Positions 31,204 to 42,699 are shown, numbered from the stretch's first letter. The stretch: 64,000 bases of DNA from an uncultured cyanobacterium (GCA_963740315.1 CAVUDP010000001.1:1376001-1440000), one strand, 5' to 3'. The notes: generated from the letters alone by a model not told the origin. A program made the numbers and translations.

Positions 31204-32136
31204 CTATTTGATTAGTTTTCCCGCTACCGACAATCTTAAAAAGTACATCGTCAACAGGAATATACCTTTTACTTTCCAATAGATATTTTTTTCTAATAGA
31301 AAGATGATTTTCAAATACATACTAAAATCACTCGTTTTCGGACAAGGAATTGTTTTTAATTCATTCAGACAGGTATAAGCTAAAAATAACGGTAAACTTA
31401 AACCATTTTTTTGCATAATGTCATTAAACAATACCGAACGTTTTAAGAATCTCTTATATTCAAAACTGACGTTAATATCTAAAGATTTATTATTGTAGAA
31501 ATTATTGCTTTTATGTATTCTATACATCACCGAAGGTTGAGACATATAAAACTTTTTAGCCCCTACTAAAGAAGCACCCCATACCAAACAGTCATCGGCT
31601 CGAACTCGCCAATCATCTGTATATGGAATCGGCAAAACTTTTTGTAAAATTTCTCGACGCATTGATAATGTAGAAGCGATCGAGCCAATCCATTCGCCAA
31701 GACATAAAGTTTTAATTACGGAATAACCTAAATCTAGATCGAACTCATATTCTTTAAATATTCCTTCTTCTATTCCAAATTTTTGATAGGCACAAAATAG
31801 AAAATCACACTCCCGATAGCGCTGATAAAACTTCAACGCATTCTCTAAATATTCGCCTTTGTACATATCATCGGCATCAAGAAAAAAGATAATATCTCCA
31901 GTTGCGGCTAAAAATCCTTCGTTAAACGAAGATAATTGTCCTTGATTTTTCTCTTTCAATATATACTTAATATTTGGTTGCAAAGCTCTAGCGATCGCTT
32001 CCGCTGAATTATCTGTAGATGCATCATCAACAATGATAATTTCATCAAATTTAACGCTTTGATTCACAGCACTGCTAATAGCTTCTGGGAGAAAGTTGGC
32101 ATAGTTATAATTATTAATTAAACAAGTTGTTCTCAT
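31204..32136 (-). CDS. Glycosyltransferase family 2
   Basis: INNYNY, VDDASTD, FLDADD. Confidence 0.9.
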   Translation of the reverse strand: MRTTCLINNYNYANFLPEAISSAVNQSVKFDEIIIVDDASTDNSAEAIARALQPNIKYILKEKNQGQLSSFNEGFLAATGDIIFFLDADDMYKGEYLENALKFYQRYRECDFLFCAYQKFGIEEGIFKEYEFDLDLGYSVIKTLCLGEWIGSIASTLSMRREILQKVLPIPYTDDWRVRADDCLVWGASLVGAKKFYMSQPSVMYRIHKSNNFYNNKSLDINVSFEYKRFLKRSVLFNDIMQKNGLSLPLFLAYTCLNELKTIPCPKTSDFSMYLKIIFLLEKNIYWKVKGIFLLTMYFLRLSVAGKLIK

Positions 32137-34352
32137 GACTTATTTTGGTTTTCCTTGAATACAGTTTGTTTGATTGGTGAAAACTCATTTTCATTTGTGG
32201 CTGACTCTATAGCTTCTTTGGTGTAATACAAGTAGCTATTTGGTTCGTTTTTCACATCCAAACCATTAACAACTATCCCTAAAACTTTCTGATTTGCCTG
32301 AGTTAAATATTCCTTGGCTGCATTTGCACTGTTTAAATCCACAACACCAGGACGAACAACTAGTAAAATACCGTCTGTAAGATTGCTTAATATTGCTGCA
32401 TCCGCCGTTCCGACTACCGCTGGAGTATCAAAGATAACGAAATCATATTTTTGAGTAAAATTATTCAGTAATGTTGCCATCCGCTGAGAATCAAGTAAAG
32501 CAATGGGATTCGGAGGTACAACGCCAGAAGAAAGCACATCCAAATTAGGCACTACTTCTTGTGTTGCAGCATCAATATTAACTTGGTCAACAATCAAATT
32601 ACTTAACCCCACCGCATTGGTGAGTCCCCAAGTATGATGTTGCATGGGATGACGCATATCTGCATCCACAAGTAATACCTTTCTTCCGGTACTCGCCATT
32701 GCTACGGCTAAATTTGCTGCAACTTCCGATTTACCTTCTTTGCTAACAGAACTTGTGACCACAATACTTTTTAGCTGAGTATCGGAACATAAAAATTTTA
32801 AGTTCGCTTGTAATATTTGATAAGCATTCCCCACGGGAAAGTCAGGAATATCCCTACCAATAATTTGGGGAACAGGTCTATTTACCCCAGCGATGGAAGA
32901 ATGATTTTTGCTATGTTTACCTATTGCGGGAATCACTCCGAGTAGGGTGTATTTAAGTACTTCCTTCGCTTCCTTGACTGTTTTAACCGATCGATCTATC
33001 AAGTCTAAACCAAAGGCAGCGATCAGACCTAAAAACACACCCGCAGCAGCACCACCGACAATAAACAGAAGCTTACGTGGTCCTTGGGGTGTATCGGGTG
33101 GTAAAGCTGCGGAAATAACCCGCGCATTGGGAATCTTTTGGTTTTCTGAAACGTTAATTTCCTGGATTTTAGTCAACAGCGTTTCGTAAGTTGATTGCGC
33201 TGCTTTGAGTCTGCGTTCTAGTTCGCGCTGGATTTGTTCTAGTTGTGGTAGGTAGTTAGCTCGTTGTTTATAAACAGAAAATTTGCTCGAAAGCGAAACA
33301 ATTTTTTGTTCTAACCCAACGCGCTCTGCTTCTACACGGGTAATCTCTGCAATCAAATCCTGTCGCAGTTCTCCCAGTTGCAAATTTCCCTGTTTAAATT
33401 CTTCCTGAGTACCCGTGATTTGAGTTGTTCTCTCGTTGAGCAGTCTTCTTAAAGCCGCGACTCTTTCTTCCAAATTAACTACAGTGGGGTGTCCCGGTTG
33501 AAAACGAGTCTTTTCTAGTGCTAACTGGCTTTCTGCTTCCTGTAGCTGAGTAAGCACTTTTTGTACCCCCGGCGTTTGACTCAACTGTGCGGATATAACA
33601 GCTTGTTGCGGTTCTACTTGAGCTTGCGATCGCAAAGTTGCCAAACGTGCGGTTGTATCGGCTAGTTGAGCGATCGCTTGAGATATTTGTGCTTCTAAGT
33701 TGGTAATTGTCTGAACTGCTCCATTAGCTTCTTCTTGCAAAACGATAATTTGATTCTTTTCTTTGAATCGTCGCAGTTGTAATTCTGCTGTTTTCACCGA
33801 TGATTCTGCTTTGGGCAGTTGCTCCATCAAAAATCTGCCTGCGGTTTGTGCTTCTTTCTGGTTCGCTAAAACATTTTGTTCGATATACTTCTCAATCACT
33901 GTATTGACGATTGTGGCTGCTTTTTCCGGATTTGGATCGCTATAGGAAATTAATAAAACATCACTACCTTTAATTCCTTCCACGTGCAATCCACCAGCCA
34001 AAACAGAAATGGGTAAAACACCTTCTTTATCTTTAAGATTTAGGGTGCGAATTGTTTCTTGAAGTACGGGATTTGATGTAACGATGCGTGCTTGAGTATC
34101 TAAAGGATTATTATTCTGAGTTAAAGCTTCCAAACGTCCCAAATCTTCAGAAAATCCGGTTAGAGAAGAAGTGCGATTACTCTTAATCATTACACTTCCC
34201 TCTGCTCTAAAAGTTGGTTTACGCGAAAGTGCATACAATGATGCTCCCGTCACCGTCAGCGTAAAAACCAAGGCTCCAGGAAACCAACGACGTTTTAGAA
34301 CTTGTAAGTATTTCTGAATATCTATTTCTTCAATGTTGCCTATAGTTTCCAT
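32133..34352 (-). CDS. wzc: Wzc/GumC polysaccharide co-polymerase and tyrosine autokinase
   Basis: TM-coiled coil-TM layout, Walker A SKEGKS, VDAD, FDTP, Tyr cluster SYLYY. Likely start METI at 34352. Confidence 0.9.
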   Translation of the reverse strand: METIGNIEEIDIQKYLQVLKRRWFPGALVFTLTVTGASLYALSRKPTFRAEGSVMIKSNRTSSLTGFSEDLGRLEALTQNNNPLDTQARIVTSNPVLQETIRTLNLKDKEGVLPISVLAGGLHVEGIKGSDVLLISYSDPNPEKAATIVNTVIEKYIEQNVLANQKEAQTAGRFLMEQLPKAESSVKTAELQLRRFKEKNQIIVLQEEANGAVQTITNLEAQISQAIAQLADTTARLATLRSQAQVEPQQAVISAQLSQTPGVQKVLTQLQEAESQLALEKTRFQPGHPTVVNLEERVAALRRLLNERTTQITGTQEEFKQGNLQLGELRQDLIAEITRVEAERVGLEQKIVSLSSKFSVYKQRANYLPQLEQIQRELERRLKAAQSTYETLLTKIQEINVSENQKIPNARVISAALPPDTPQGPRKLLFIVGGAAAGVFLGLIAAFGLDLIDRSVKTVKEAKEVLKYTLLGVIPAIGKHSKNHSSIAGVNRPVPQIIGRDIPDFPVGNAYQILQANLKFLCSDTQLKSIVVTSSVSKEGKSEVAANLAVAMASTGRKVLLVDADMRHPMQHHTWGLTNAVGLSNLIVDQVNIDAATQEVVPNLDVLSSGVVPPNPIALLDSQRMATLLNNFTQKYDFVIFDTPAVVGTADAAILSNLTDGILLVVRPGVVDLNSANAAKEYLTQANQKVLGIVVNGLDVKNEPNSYLYYTKEAIESATNENEFSPIKQTVFKENQNKS

Positions 34353-34460
34353 TGTCATAAGTAAAATATATAAAGTTGATAATTCATCCAATCGACAGCA
34401 AAAATCAGCCGTTTTAGATGTCCCATGCAATCAAAGCAGATGCATTTAAATCGGTATTTA

Positions 34461-34613
34461 GAGGATATTTAAAAAGTATCTGTTTGTAACCTTATTACTG
34501 CTTCGATCCCCCCTTCCCCCTTATAAAGGGGGGTTAAAGTCCCCCAATTTAGCGGGGGATTTAGGGGGATCTGAAAGTTTGTGGTTTTCTTTTTGACGCA
34601 TCACTACATCCTC
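34461..34613. mobile_element. Degenerate IS5-derived MITE carrying a GATCCCCC...GGGGGATC repeat
   Basis: Left end GAGGATATTTAAAAAGT matches the IS5 TIR at 15/17 positions. Right end ACATCCTC. Flanks TTA/TAA. Confidence 0.55.
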
Positions 34614-35214
34614 TAAGATTATTGATTAACAACTACTTAAAAGTACAAACCCCGATCCGATCGCATGAAAATGTAGATGTCGTTGTCAATTATTCTTTAA
34701 TGCTTTTGATGCTAACAGATTCCCTGGTTACTTGGCTCTACAGAAAACAGCAATAAAAAAGTTCCCAAACTGGAGGTAGATGATATATCAAAAATCAAAA
34801 TAAATGAGTAGCTATTAAATATCACTTACTCATTAATTGACTCAAACCTAAAAACAAATAAGTACTATTTTTTTTTGTTTACGAATAAAAAAGTTATAAG
34901 TATATTAGCCGATCGCTTGAAGGTTTGAGAGCTATTTTTTTTCCTATTTATTTACAATTGTATTTTGTTTTACCTTTGAAAAAAGATAAATTATAGAGAG
35001 ATTGTAGCGTTATTTTCCATTTTGTATAGTCTTTGTTAGATATCCCTCTACATAACAAGATATTAGAAAGTATTTAGGAGCCTATCTAAAATTACCGCTA
35101 TTTTAGATTTTGCGTAAGTTATAAGAATGTTATTAACAGCATATTAGATACTTGTTTTACACACTTAACTTAATTGAGAAACATTTATAAATTGACTATT
35201 TAATAAAATCAGTT

Positions 35215-35255
35215 TTTAAACAAACCTTAATCTAAAAAGATTTATTTCTTAATCA
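35215..35255 (+). promoter_or_regulatory. Possible Pho box (SphR site)
   Basis: TTTAAACA (35215), CTTAATCT (35226), CTTAATCA (35248) in 11-bp register. Confidence 0.35.
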
Positions 35256-35765
35256 AATTTTTTAGCATTTTAAGGTAAAGTATCGGTATTTACACGTATT
35301 TGTTCTTAATTCAGGAAAAACTCTTGCAGTTTGATTTTGAATTAAAAATAAATAGTTTAAATTAGTTAACTAACAAACAAATCCTATGGCTCAGACAATT
35401 GGAATCGTGCGCGGCGGACTTGTTATAAACAAGATTTTTATTAACTCTAATCGATCGGCGATCGATGTAGAAGTAGATACAAAATATACTGCTTTAGTTA
35501 AAGATAAACACGTAAAGTAACTGTATTTTTAACCGACAGATAGATACTAGCTTTGATTAATTCTGAGATGCTGGTAGCGAGAATTGAGCGTAGTTGAGTA
35601 ATTTTTGAAAGCGAGATTTTTTTAACGTTGGGGAAAATATTTGTGAGATAGTTTGATTTCTATCTAATAATTGAGTCAGCTTAGTTGGGTAATTCGGAAA
35701 ATTTGGTTAGTAGAAAAATCATACTAACTTGAAAACCTACATATTTGATTAATAGGAGTATTTGA

Positions 35766-38700
35766 GTGGCTGACATACTTATTTCTGAGTACGTTGAAGG
35801 TAGTAGTAATAACAAAGCAATAGAATTATATAATCCTACAGATTCAGTAATTGACCTCACTGCTGGCAATTACACCATTGAACTTTATTCCAACGGTGCT
35901 TCATCTCCGAGCCAAACTTTAAATTTAACAGGTACCATTGCCAGTAAAGATGTTTTTGTAATTACTCGTTCTAATGCTGATGCAGCTATTCAAGCAGTTG
36001 CTGATATAAGTAATGCTGATTCAGTCATTAACTTTAACGGTGATGATGCAGTTGTAATTAGGAAAAACGGTACAGTTGTTGATGTAATTGGACAAATTGG
36101 TTTCGATCCTGGTAGTGAGTGGGGTAGTGGTGATGCTTCTACCCAAAATAATACTATTCGTCGTAAAGCAAATATTACTGCTGGTGATACCGATCCTAAT
36201 GATGCTTTCGATCCTTCAATAGAATGGGATGGTTTTCCTCAAGACACATTTGATGGATTGGGTTCCTATGATTCTGACGATAATGATAATAATGACAACA
36301 ATGGTGGCTCCACTGTCAAAATTTACGAAATCCAAGGTGCCGCTCACACTTCACCGCTTGTAGGACAATCTGTAACTACAACAGGTATCGTTACCGCAGT
36401 CGATAGCAACGGTTTTTATATCCAAGACGCTACAGGAGATAATAACAGCGCAACTTCCGACGCGATTTTTGTTTTTACTAGTACTAGTACCTCAGTTCAA
36501 GTTGGTGATGAAGTAGAAGTCACTGGTACGGTAAGCGAATTCTTTCCTGGTGGTGCGGATACAGGTAATCTTTCCACAACTCAAATTAGTAGCCCTAGCA
36601 CATCTGTAATATCTAGCGGTAATACTCTTCCCACAGCAACAATTATTGGTACGGGTGGTAGAATTCCTCCTACCGAAAATATTGATGATGATGCTTTTGG
36701 TAGTTTTGAACCAGATAGCGATGGAATTGATTTCTTTGAATCGTTAGAAGGAATGCTGGTAACTGCGGAAGATGCAGTAGCTGTTTCACCTACCAATCGT
36801 TTTGGGGAAATTTTTACTGTTGTAGATAACGGTGAAAACGCTACAGGTTTAAGCGATCGCGGTACTTTGAATATCAGCCCCGATGATTTCAACCCCGAAA
36901 GAGTTCAAATTGATGAAAATTCGGATATTTTACCAGGGTTTGATTTCCCTGAAGTTAACGTCGGTGCAAAATTAGGAGATGTAACGGGTGTTGTCGGTTA
37001 CGGTTTCGGAAACTTTGAGATTTACCCAACTCAAGCTTTTACCGTCACTGATTCAACTATTGAAGCAGAAACCACAACTTTAGAAGGTGGTGCAGATAAG
37101 CTGACAGTTGCTAGCTACAACGTTCTCAATCTCGATCCTAACGATGCTGATGGGGATACAGATGTAGCAGATGGAAGATTTAGCGCGATCGCAAATCAAA
37201 TCGTCAGCAACTTAAAAGCTCCCGACATCATCGGTTTGCAGGAAATTCAAGATAATACTGGTTCCGATAATGATGGTATAACAGCAGCAGATCAAACTTT
37301 GCAACAGTTGGTAACTGCGATCGCAACTGCTGGAGGTCCCACATACAGTTTTATCGACAACACCTTTATAGGTAATAATACTAGTGGCGGTCAACCTGGT
37401 GGTAATATTCGCACTGCTTTTCTTTATAATGGCGATCGCGTTGATTTTGTAGATGGTTCTTTGAGTGCAGTTACCGACGCAGAAGCTCAACAAACTGATT
37501 CGAGCAATCCTTTTTTTGATAGCCGTTTACCATTAGCTGCAAAATTTACTTTCAATGGTGAAGAAGTTACGGTTGTTAATAATCATTTTTCTTCCAAAGG
37601 TGGTAGCGCTCCGATTTTAGGTGTAGAGCAACCTTTTGAAGCGCGACAAGAAGATGTCAACGTTAATGGCAGCCTTGATGAGCGTCAAGCACAAGCGCAA
37701 GCTATCAAAGGTTACGTTGATGGAATTTTAGCTGAAGATGCAAAAGCTAATGTTGTTGTACTGGGAGATTTGAACGAATTTGAATTTGTCTCTCCCGTCG
37801 AAACTTTAGCGGAAAGCTTGACAAATTTGACAGAAACTGTTTCAGAAAATGAACGTTACAGTTTTAACTTTCAAGGTAATTCCCAATCCTTGGATCATAT
37901 TTTGGTTAGCGATAATTTGGAAGATAATGCTGAGTTTGATATCGTACACGTCAATTCAGAGTTTGCCGATACTTCCGCCAAAGCAAGCGACCACGATCCG
38001 TTAGTAGCAAGTTTGTCAATAAGTAATCAAAACGTACAGAATAACTACCAAAATATGCTGAATTTTGCTGGAACTATTAAATTAGAAGGTGCAGAAATTT
38101 CTGCTTACGATTCTGGAACTCAGCGCATCTTTGTAACTGGAGAAGCAGGGGAAGATAATGCATTTAACATTGCTGAAGATTCTCCGATTCTGCAAGCTGT
38201 AGATGTTTCCGATCCCAGCAACCCCACGGTAATTAGACAAATTGACCTTTCTAGCTACGGTGCGGGAGTTCAAAGCGTTGCAGTTAAGAATGGTGTTGTT
38301 GCTGTAGCTGTTTCTGCCCAAACTTCAACCGATCCAGGTAAAGTTGTTTTCTTCAACGCTTCTGACTATTCTGAATTATCTCAGGTAGCTGTAGGTGCTT
38401 TACCTGATATGCTCACCTTCACCCCCGACGGTAGCAAGGTATTAGTTGCTAACGAAGGCGAACCTAACGACAGATTTACCGTCGATCCAGAAGGTTCGGT
38501 TAGCATTATTGATGTTTCTGATGGTTTTGCTAATTTAACTGATGAAAATGTAACTACTGCCGATTTCACAGCATTTAACGGTCAGGAAGCTACTTTGAGA
38601 AGTCAAGGAGTAAGAATTTTTGGCGAGAAAACCAATCCTGATGGAACAAAAACCCCATCCACAGCAGCCGAAGATTTTGAACCAGAATACATCGCTGTAT

Positions 38701-40190
38701 CTCCCGATGGAACAGCTGCTTTTGTCGCTTTGCAAGAAAACAATGCTTTTGCTGTTCTTGATATCGAGCAAGGTACGGTAACAAGTATTTTACCTTTAGG
38801 ATACAAAGACTGGAGCGGTGCTAATCCGACATTAAAACCATTCAAAGCAACATTTGATGGTTCTCAAGAAGTTACACCTAATGCTTCTACAGCTACAGGA
38901 AACGCTTTATTGCAACTCAATCAAGCGGGAAATGCCCTAAACTATACCATGACCGTTTCCGGTTTGGATTTTGGGACATTAGCAGGTGGAGCAGCTCAAA
39001 CAGAAGATGCAGGTGATGATGTAACCGGAATCCACTTCCACAACGCCGCACGGGGAGCAGGTGGTCCGGTTGTGTTTGGTATTTTTGGACCTGCACAAGA
39101 TACCGACGATCGCACTATTACTATCAACGCTGACGGTTCTACTACAATTTCTGGGGTTTGGGAAACTACAGATACCGCAGCCAGTACAAGCTTAACTAAT
39201 TTCGTCGCTGACTTACAAGCTGCAAATCCAGACGCAGACACGAATCTTTACTTCAACATCCACACCGAAGAATTTCCAATGGGTGAAATTCGCGGTCAAA
39301 TTATGGGTAGTACCGTACAGCTTGATGCTAGTAACAGAGATGGCGGCATAAACTTCGCTAACTACCCCAATTTATTCGGGATGTATCAACCGGATGCGAT
39401 CGCCAGCTATGAAGCTAACGGCGAAACCTACTACATCACCGCCAACGAAGGGGATGCACGCATTCGTCCCGATGGCGATATTGAAGATGATACTGGTGAG
39501 GTATTAGTTGAAGAAGGGACTGATTTCAACGAAGAAGCACGGGTAAAAGATGTCACCCTCGATCCGACTGCTTTCCCCAACGCTGCTACCTTACAAGAAG
39601 ACGAAAATCTCGGTCGCTTAAATATCACCACCACCCTTGGCGATACTGACGGAGACGATGATTTTGACCAACTCTACGCTTACGGCGCTCGTTCGTTCTC
39701 CATCTTTAACAGCAGTGGTGAATTAGTTTACGATAGCGGCGATTTAATTGGTAAACTGACATCTGAACTAGTTCCCGAAAAATTCAACTCCCAAGGTGAT
39801 GCGGACAGTTTCGACAGCCGCAGCGATGACAAAGGAGCCGAACCCGAAGGTGTAACCATTGGTCAAGTTGGCAACAAAACCTATGCTTACGTTGGTTTGG
39901 AAAGAACTGGCGGCGTAATGGTATTTGATGTTAGCAACCCTACCGCAGCTAGCTTCGTGCAATACATCAACAACGAAGGTGATTTAAGCCCAGAAGGTTT
40001 GACTTTCATCGATGCACAAGATAGCGCAAATGGCAACTCTTTATTAGCAGTTACCAACGAAGAAAGCGAAACATTAAGTATCTATAACGCTAACATTCCC
40101 GATACTAATAATTCAGCTAATTACACCTTACAAATTCTTCACGCTTCCGACTTAGAAGGTGGAGTAGATGCGATCGATCAGAGCTGCTAA
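35766..40190 (+). CDS. N-terminal part of a nuclease/phosphatase polyprotein: lamin-tail, OB-fold, ExeM/NucH-type EEP nuclease, choice-of-anchor I with CHRD insert
   Basis: ISEYVEGSSNNKAIELYN; IYEIQG; SYNVLN, LQEIQD, LGDLN, SLDHIL, SDHDP; VANEGEP, MYQPD, RSDDKGAEPEG; YFNIHTEEFPMGEIRGQ. Ends inside nucleotidase motif I because of a frameshift. Confidence 0.88.
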   Translation: MADILISEYVEGSSNNKAIELYNPTDSVIDLTAGNYTIELYSNGASSPSQTLNLTGTIASKDVFVITRSNADAAIQAVADISNADSVINFNGDDAVVIRKNGTVVDVIGQIGFDPGSEWGSGDASTQNNTIRRKANITAGDTDPNDAFDPSIEWDGFPQDTFDGLGSYDSDDNDNNDNNGGSTVKIYEIQGAAHTSPLVGQSVTTTGIVTAVDSNGFYIQDATGDNNSATSDAIFVFTSTSTSVQVGDEVEVTGTVSEFFPGGADTGNLSTTQISSPSTSVISSGNTLPTATIIGTGGRIPPTENIDDDAFGSFEPDSDGIDFFESLEGMLVTAEDAVAVSPTNRFGEIFTVVDNGENATGLSDRGTLNISPDDFNPERVQIDENSDILPGFDFPEVNVGAKLGDVTGVVGYGFGNFEIYPTQAFTVTDSTIEAETTTLEGGADKLTVASYNVLNLDPNDADGDTDVADGRFSAIANQIVSNLKAPDIIGLQEIQDNTGSDNDGITAADQTLQQLVTAIATAGGPTYSFIDNTFIGNNTSGGQPGGNIRTAFLYNGDRVDFVDGSLSAVTDAEAQQTDSSNPFFDSRLPLAAKFTFNGEEVTVVNNHFSSKGGSAPILGVEQPFEARQEDVNVNGSLDERQAQAQAIKGYVDGILAEDAKANVVVLGDLNEFEFVSPVETLAESLTNLTETVSENERYSFNFQGNSQSLDHILVSDNLEDNAEFDIVHVNSEFADTSAKASDHDPLVASLSISNQNVQNNYQNMLNFAGTIKLEGAEISAYDSGTQRIFVTGEAGEDNAFNIAEDSPILQAVDVSDPSNPTVIRQIDLSSYGAGVQSVAVKNGVVAVAVSAQTSTDPGKVVFFNASDYSELSQVAVGALPDMLTFTPDGSKVLVANEGEPNDRFTVDPEGSVSIIDVSDGFANLTDENVTTADFTAFNGQEATLRSQGVRIFGEKTNPDGTKTPSTAAEDFEPEYIAVSPDGTAAFVALQENNAFAVLDIEQGTVTSILPLGYKDWSGANPTLKPFKATFDGSQEVTPNASTATGNALLQLNQAGNALNYTMTVSGLDFGTLAGGAAQTEDAGDDVTGIHFHNAARGAGGPVVFGIFGPAQDTDDRTITINADGSTTISGVWETTDTAASTSLTNFVADLQAANPDADTNLYFNIHTEEFPMGEIRGQIMGSTVQLDASNRDGGINFANYPNLFGMYQPDAIASYEANGETYYITANEGDARIRPDGDIEDDTGEVLVEEGTDFNEEARVKDVTLDPTAFPNAATLQEDENLGRLNITTTLGDTDGDDDFDQLYAYGARSFSIFNSSGELVYDSGDLIGKLTSELVPEKFNSQGDADSFDSRSDDKGAEPEGVTIGQVGNKTYAYVGLERTGGVMVFDVSNPTAASFVQYINNEGDLSPEGLTFIDAQDSANGNSLLAVTNEESETLSIYNANIPDTNNSANYTLQILHASDLEGGVDAIDQSC

Positions 40191-42699
40191 TTTTGCGGCG
40201 ATCGTTGATTATTTAGAAGACGAAGTTGAAAATTCCATCACTTTATCGGCGGGAGATAACTACTTATCGGGACCTTTCTTCTCAGCCGCAGGGGATAGAA
40301 CTTTCCGCGATGATAAAGTATTTAACGATGTTTACAACGACTTATACAACCTACCCCAAGATGTAGATAGCGACGGAGACGCTGATTCTTATGGTAGTTT
40401 GCGCGAAGGTGGTGGTCGTGTAGATATTTCGATTATGAATGCGATCGCATTCGATGCTTCGGCATTCGGGAACCACGAATTCGACCTGGGAACCGACACC
40501 ATCGAAGATATTATTGCTCCCGATTACCGTGGTGCAGAACTAAGCGACGATCGCTGGGTGGGTTCTCAGTTCCCATATTTAAGCGCTAACTTAGATTTTT
40601 CTAATAGCAATCTCGCCGGACTATATACCAGCGACATTCTCCCCAGCACGGCTTTTGAAAGCGGTCCCGAAGAATCTTTAGCCAGCACAAACGTACCTAA
40701 AATTGCACCCGCAACCGTAATTGAAGAAGGTGGCGAGAAAATTGGTGTAGTTGGTGCGACAACTCCTTTACTAAGAAGCATTTCTTCCCCCGGTGATGTC
40801 CAGGTGCTGGGTTCTGGCAATGACATGGATGCTTTAGCTGCGGTACTGCAACCTTATATTGACCAACTTATTAACGACGGCGTTAATAAAGTTGTTTTAG
40901 TCAGTCACTTGCAGCAAATCGCTTTAGAGAAAGAATTAATCGGAAAACTCAGCGGCGTTGATGTTGTAATTGCTGGTGGTTCCGATACTTTACAAGCCGA
41001 CAGCGAAGACGTTGCACGCGGTTTGAATGTTGGCGATACACCTGCCGAAGATTATCCCTTCGTTACCACTAATAAAGATGGTGATACTGCGGTAATTGTC
41101 AGCACCGATGGTGAGTATTCTTACGTCGGTCGCTTGGTAGTTGATTTTGACGCTGAAGGTAAAGTTATTGCCGATAGCATAGACGAAAACGTCAGCGGTG
41201 CTTTTGCCACCACCGAAGCACAAGTCCAAGCTTTGTGGGGAGAGGAAGATGCATTCGGCGATGAAACCAAAGGCGAATTAGTTAAACAGCTTACCGATGC
41301 CGTAGATGGTATCGTGACTGCAAAAGACGGTAACGTATTTGGTGAAACTGACGTATTCTTAGAAGGTCGTCGCGGTGAAGTTCGTACCGAAGAAACCAAT
41401 TTAGGTAACTTAACTGCTGATGCTAACTTAGCTTACGCCAAAGAACTTGACCCATCAGTTACCGTTTCCATCAAAAACGGTGGTGGTATTCGTGCCCCCA
41501 TCGGCTTTATCAGTAACGAAGGTGACGAATTACCTACCCAGGAAAATGGGGATATCAAAGAAGAAGGAGAAATTTCTCAGTTAGATATTGAGAATAGTCT
41601 CCGCTTTAATAACGAATTAAGCTTATTAACCGTTACAGCAGCAGAATTAAAGCAGATTCTCGAACACGCTGTAGCAGCTAGCGGTGGAGATGCTACACCC
41701 GGTCAATTTCCGCAGGTTGGTGGTATTAAATTTAGCTTTGACACCGATAACCAGGCAATTGAATTTACCAGAAATGCTGATGGTGACGTTACCGGAGTTG
41801 CAACGAATGGCGATCGCGTTCGCAGTTTAGCGATTACAGACGAAGATGGTAACATTCAAGATGTAGTTGTCGAAGAAGGGGAAGTAGTTGGCGACGCTAG
41901 CCGTGAAATTCGCTTAGTAACTCTCAACTTCTTAGCTGGAGGTGGCGATAGTTATCCCTTCCCATTCTTTGGTGAAAACCGCGTCGATCTCACAGAGCAA
42001 GATATTGCCGCAGGTGAAGCTACTTTTGCAGAAACGGGAACCGAGCAAGATGCTTTAGCCGAGTACTTGGTTGATAACTTCTCAACCGAAGCCTTTGATA
42101 TGGCTGATGTTGCACCCGCACAAGATATGCGGATTCAAAACCTTGGTTTGCGCTCAGATACTGTATTAGAGGGTTTCGTAGAACAACCACCTGTAGGAGA
42201 TGCGATCGCAACTACCACTTTGGCTGATGGAACTATAGTTGAATCTATCGATCTAACTGGTTTCAGCGGACAAGCAACAGTAAATTACACTATCAGTAGA
42301 GAAGCTGATTTCGACAACGAAGTTTACTTCTACAAAGTTGATGATATCAACGGTAGTGTTAATGGTGTAGCAGTAGGTGAAAACGGTTACTTACAAGCCG
42401 CTTTATCAAGACTTGCTTCTCCCGAATTTTCCACCAGCGACGATAATACAGAAACCGGAAGCGTTCAATTTGAAGCAGGTTCGATTGTCGTTCCCGTAAT
42501 CATCGCTGACGGTAATTTATCTGAAGCGTTAAGTGGTGCAGCAGAAGTTTACTTCCCATACTTGGGCGCTAACACCGATAACGGTACATTCGACCACATT
42601 AAGTTCTTGGATGATAGCACCTTCGGTTTTGAAGACTTACCCAACGGTGGTGACGCAGACTTCAACGACATCATTATCAAAATCGAAAGCATTGCTTAA
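40168..42699 (+). CDS. C-terminal part of the same polyprotein: 5'-nucleotidase-type metallophosphoesterase + DUF4114
   Basis: LSAGDNY, FGNHEFD, YLSANL, VSH, NGGGIR, GQFPQVGG, GGDSYPF; GFEDLPNGGDADFND. Confidence 0.85.
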   Translation: MRSIRAANFAAIVDYLEDEVENSITLSAGDNYLSGPFFSAAGDRTFRDDKVFNDVYNDLYNLPQDVDSDGDADSYGSLREGGGRVDISIMNAIAFDASAFGNHEFDLGTDTIEDIIAPDYRGAELSDDRWVGSQFPYLSANLDFSNSNLAGLYTSDILPSTAFESGPEESLASTNVPKIAPATVIEEGGEKIGVVGATTPLLRSISSPGDVQVLGSGNDMDALAAVLQPYIDQLINDGVNKVVLVSHLQQIALEKELIGKLSGVDVVIAGGSDTLQADSEDVARGLNVGDTPAEDYPFVTTNKDGDTAVIVSTDGEYSYVGRLVVDFDAEGKVIADSIDENVSGAFATTEAQVQALWGEEDAFGDETKGELVKQLTDAVDGIVTAKDGNVFGETDVFLEGRRGEVRTEETNLGNLTADANLAYAKELDPSVTVSIKNGGGIRAPIGFISNEGDELPTQENGDIKEEGEISQLDIENSLRFNNELSLLTVTAAELKQILEHAVAASGGDATPGQFPQVGGIKFSFDTDNQAIEFTRNADGDVTGVATNGDRVRSLAITDEDGNIQDVVVEEGEVVGDASREIRLVTLNFLAGGGDSYPFPFFGENRVDLTEQDIAAGEATFAETGTEQDALAEYLVDNFSTEAFDMADVAPAQDMRIQNLGLRSDTVLEGFVEQPPVGDAIATTTLADGTIVESIDLTGFSGQATVNYTISREADFDNEVYFYKVDDINGSVNGVAVGENGYLQAALSRLASPEFSTSDDNTETGSVQFEAGSIVVPVIIADGNLSEALSGAAEVYFPYLGANTDNGTFDHIKFLDDSTFGFEDLPNGGDADFNDIIIKIESIA

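Noticed and set aside
38820..39320. Intein at the shared insertion site
   Set aside because: No N-terminal Cys/Ser block or His-Asn terminus. The inserts are recognisable CHRD and phytase-like domains.
40165..40195. Programmed ribosomal frameshift
   Set aside because: No slippery heptamer or obvious stimulatory structure. Mutation or sequencing error is simpler.
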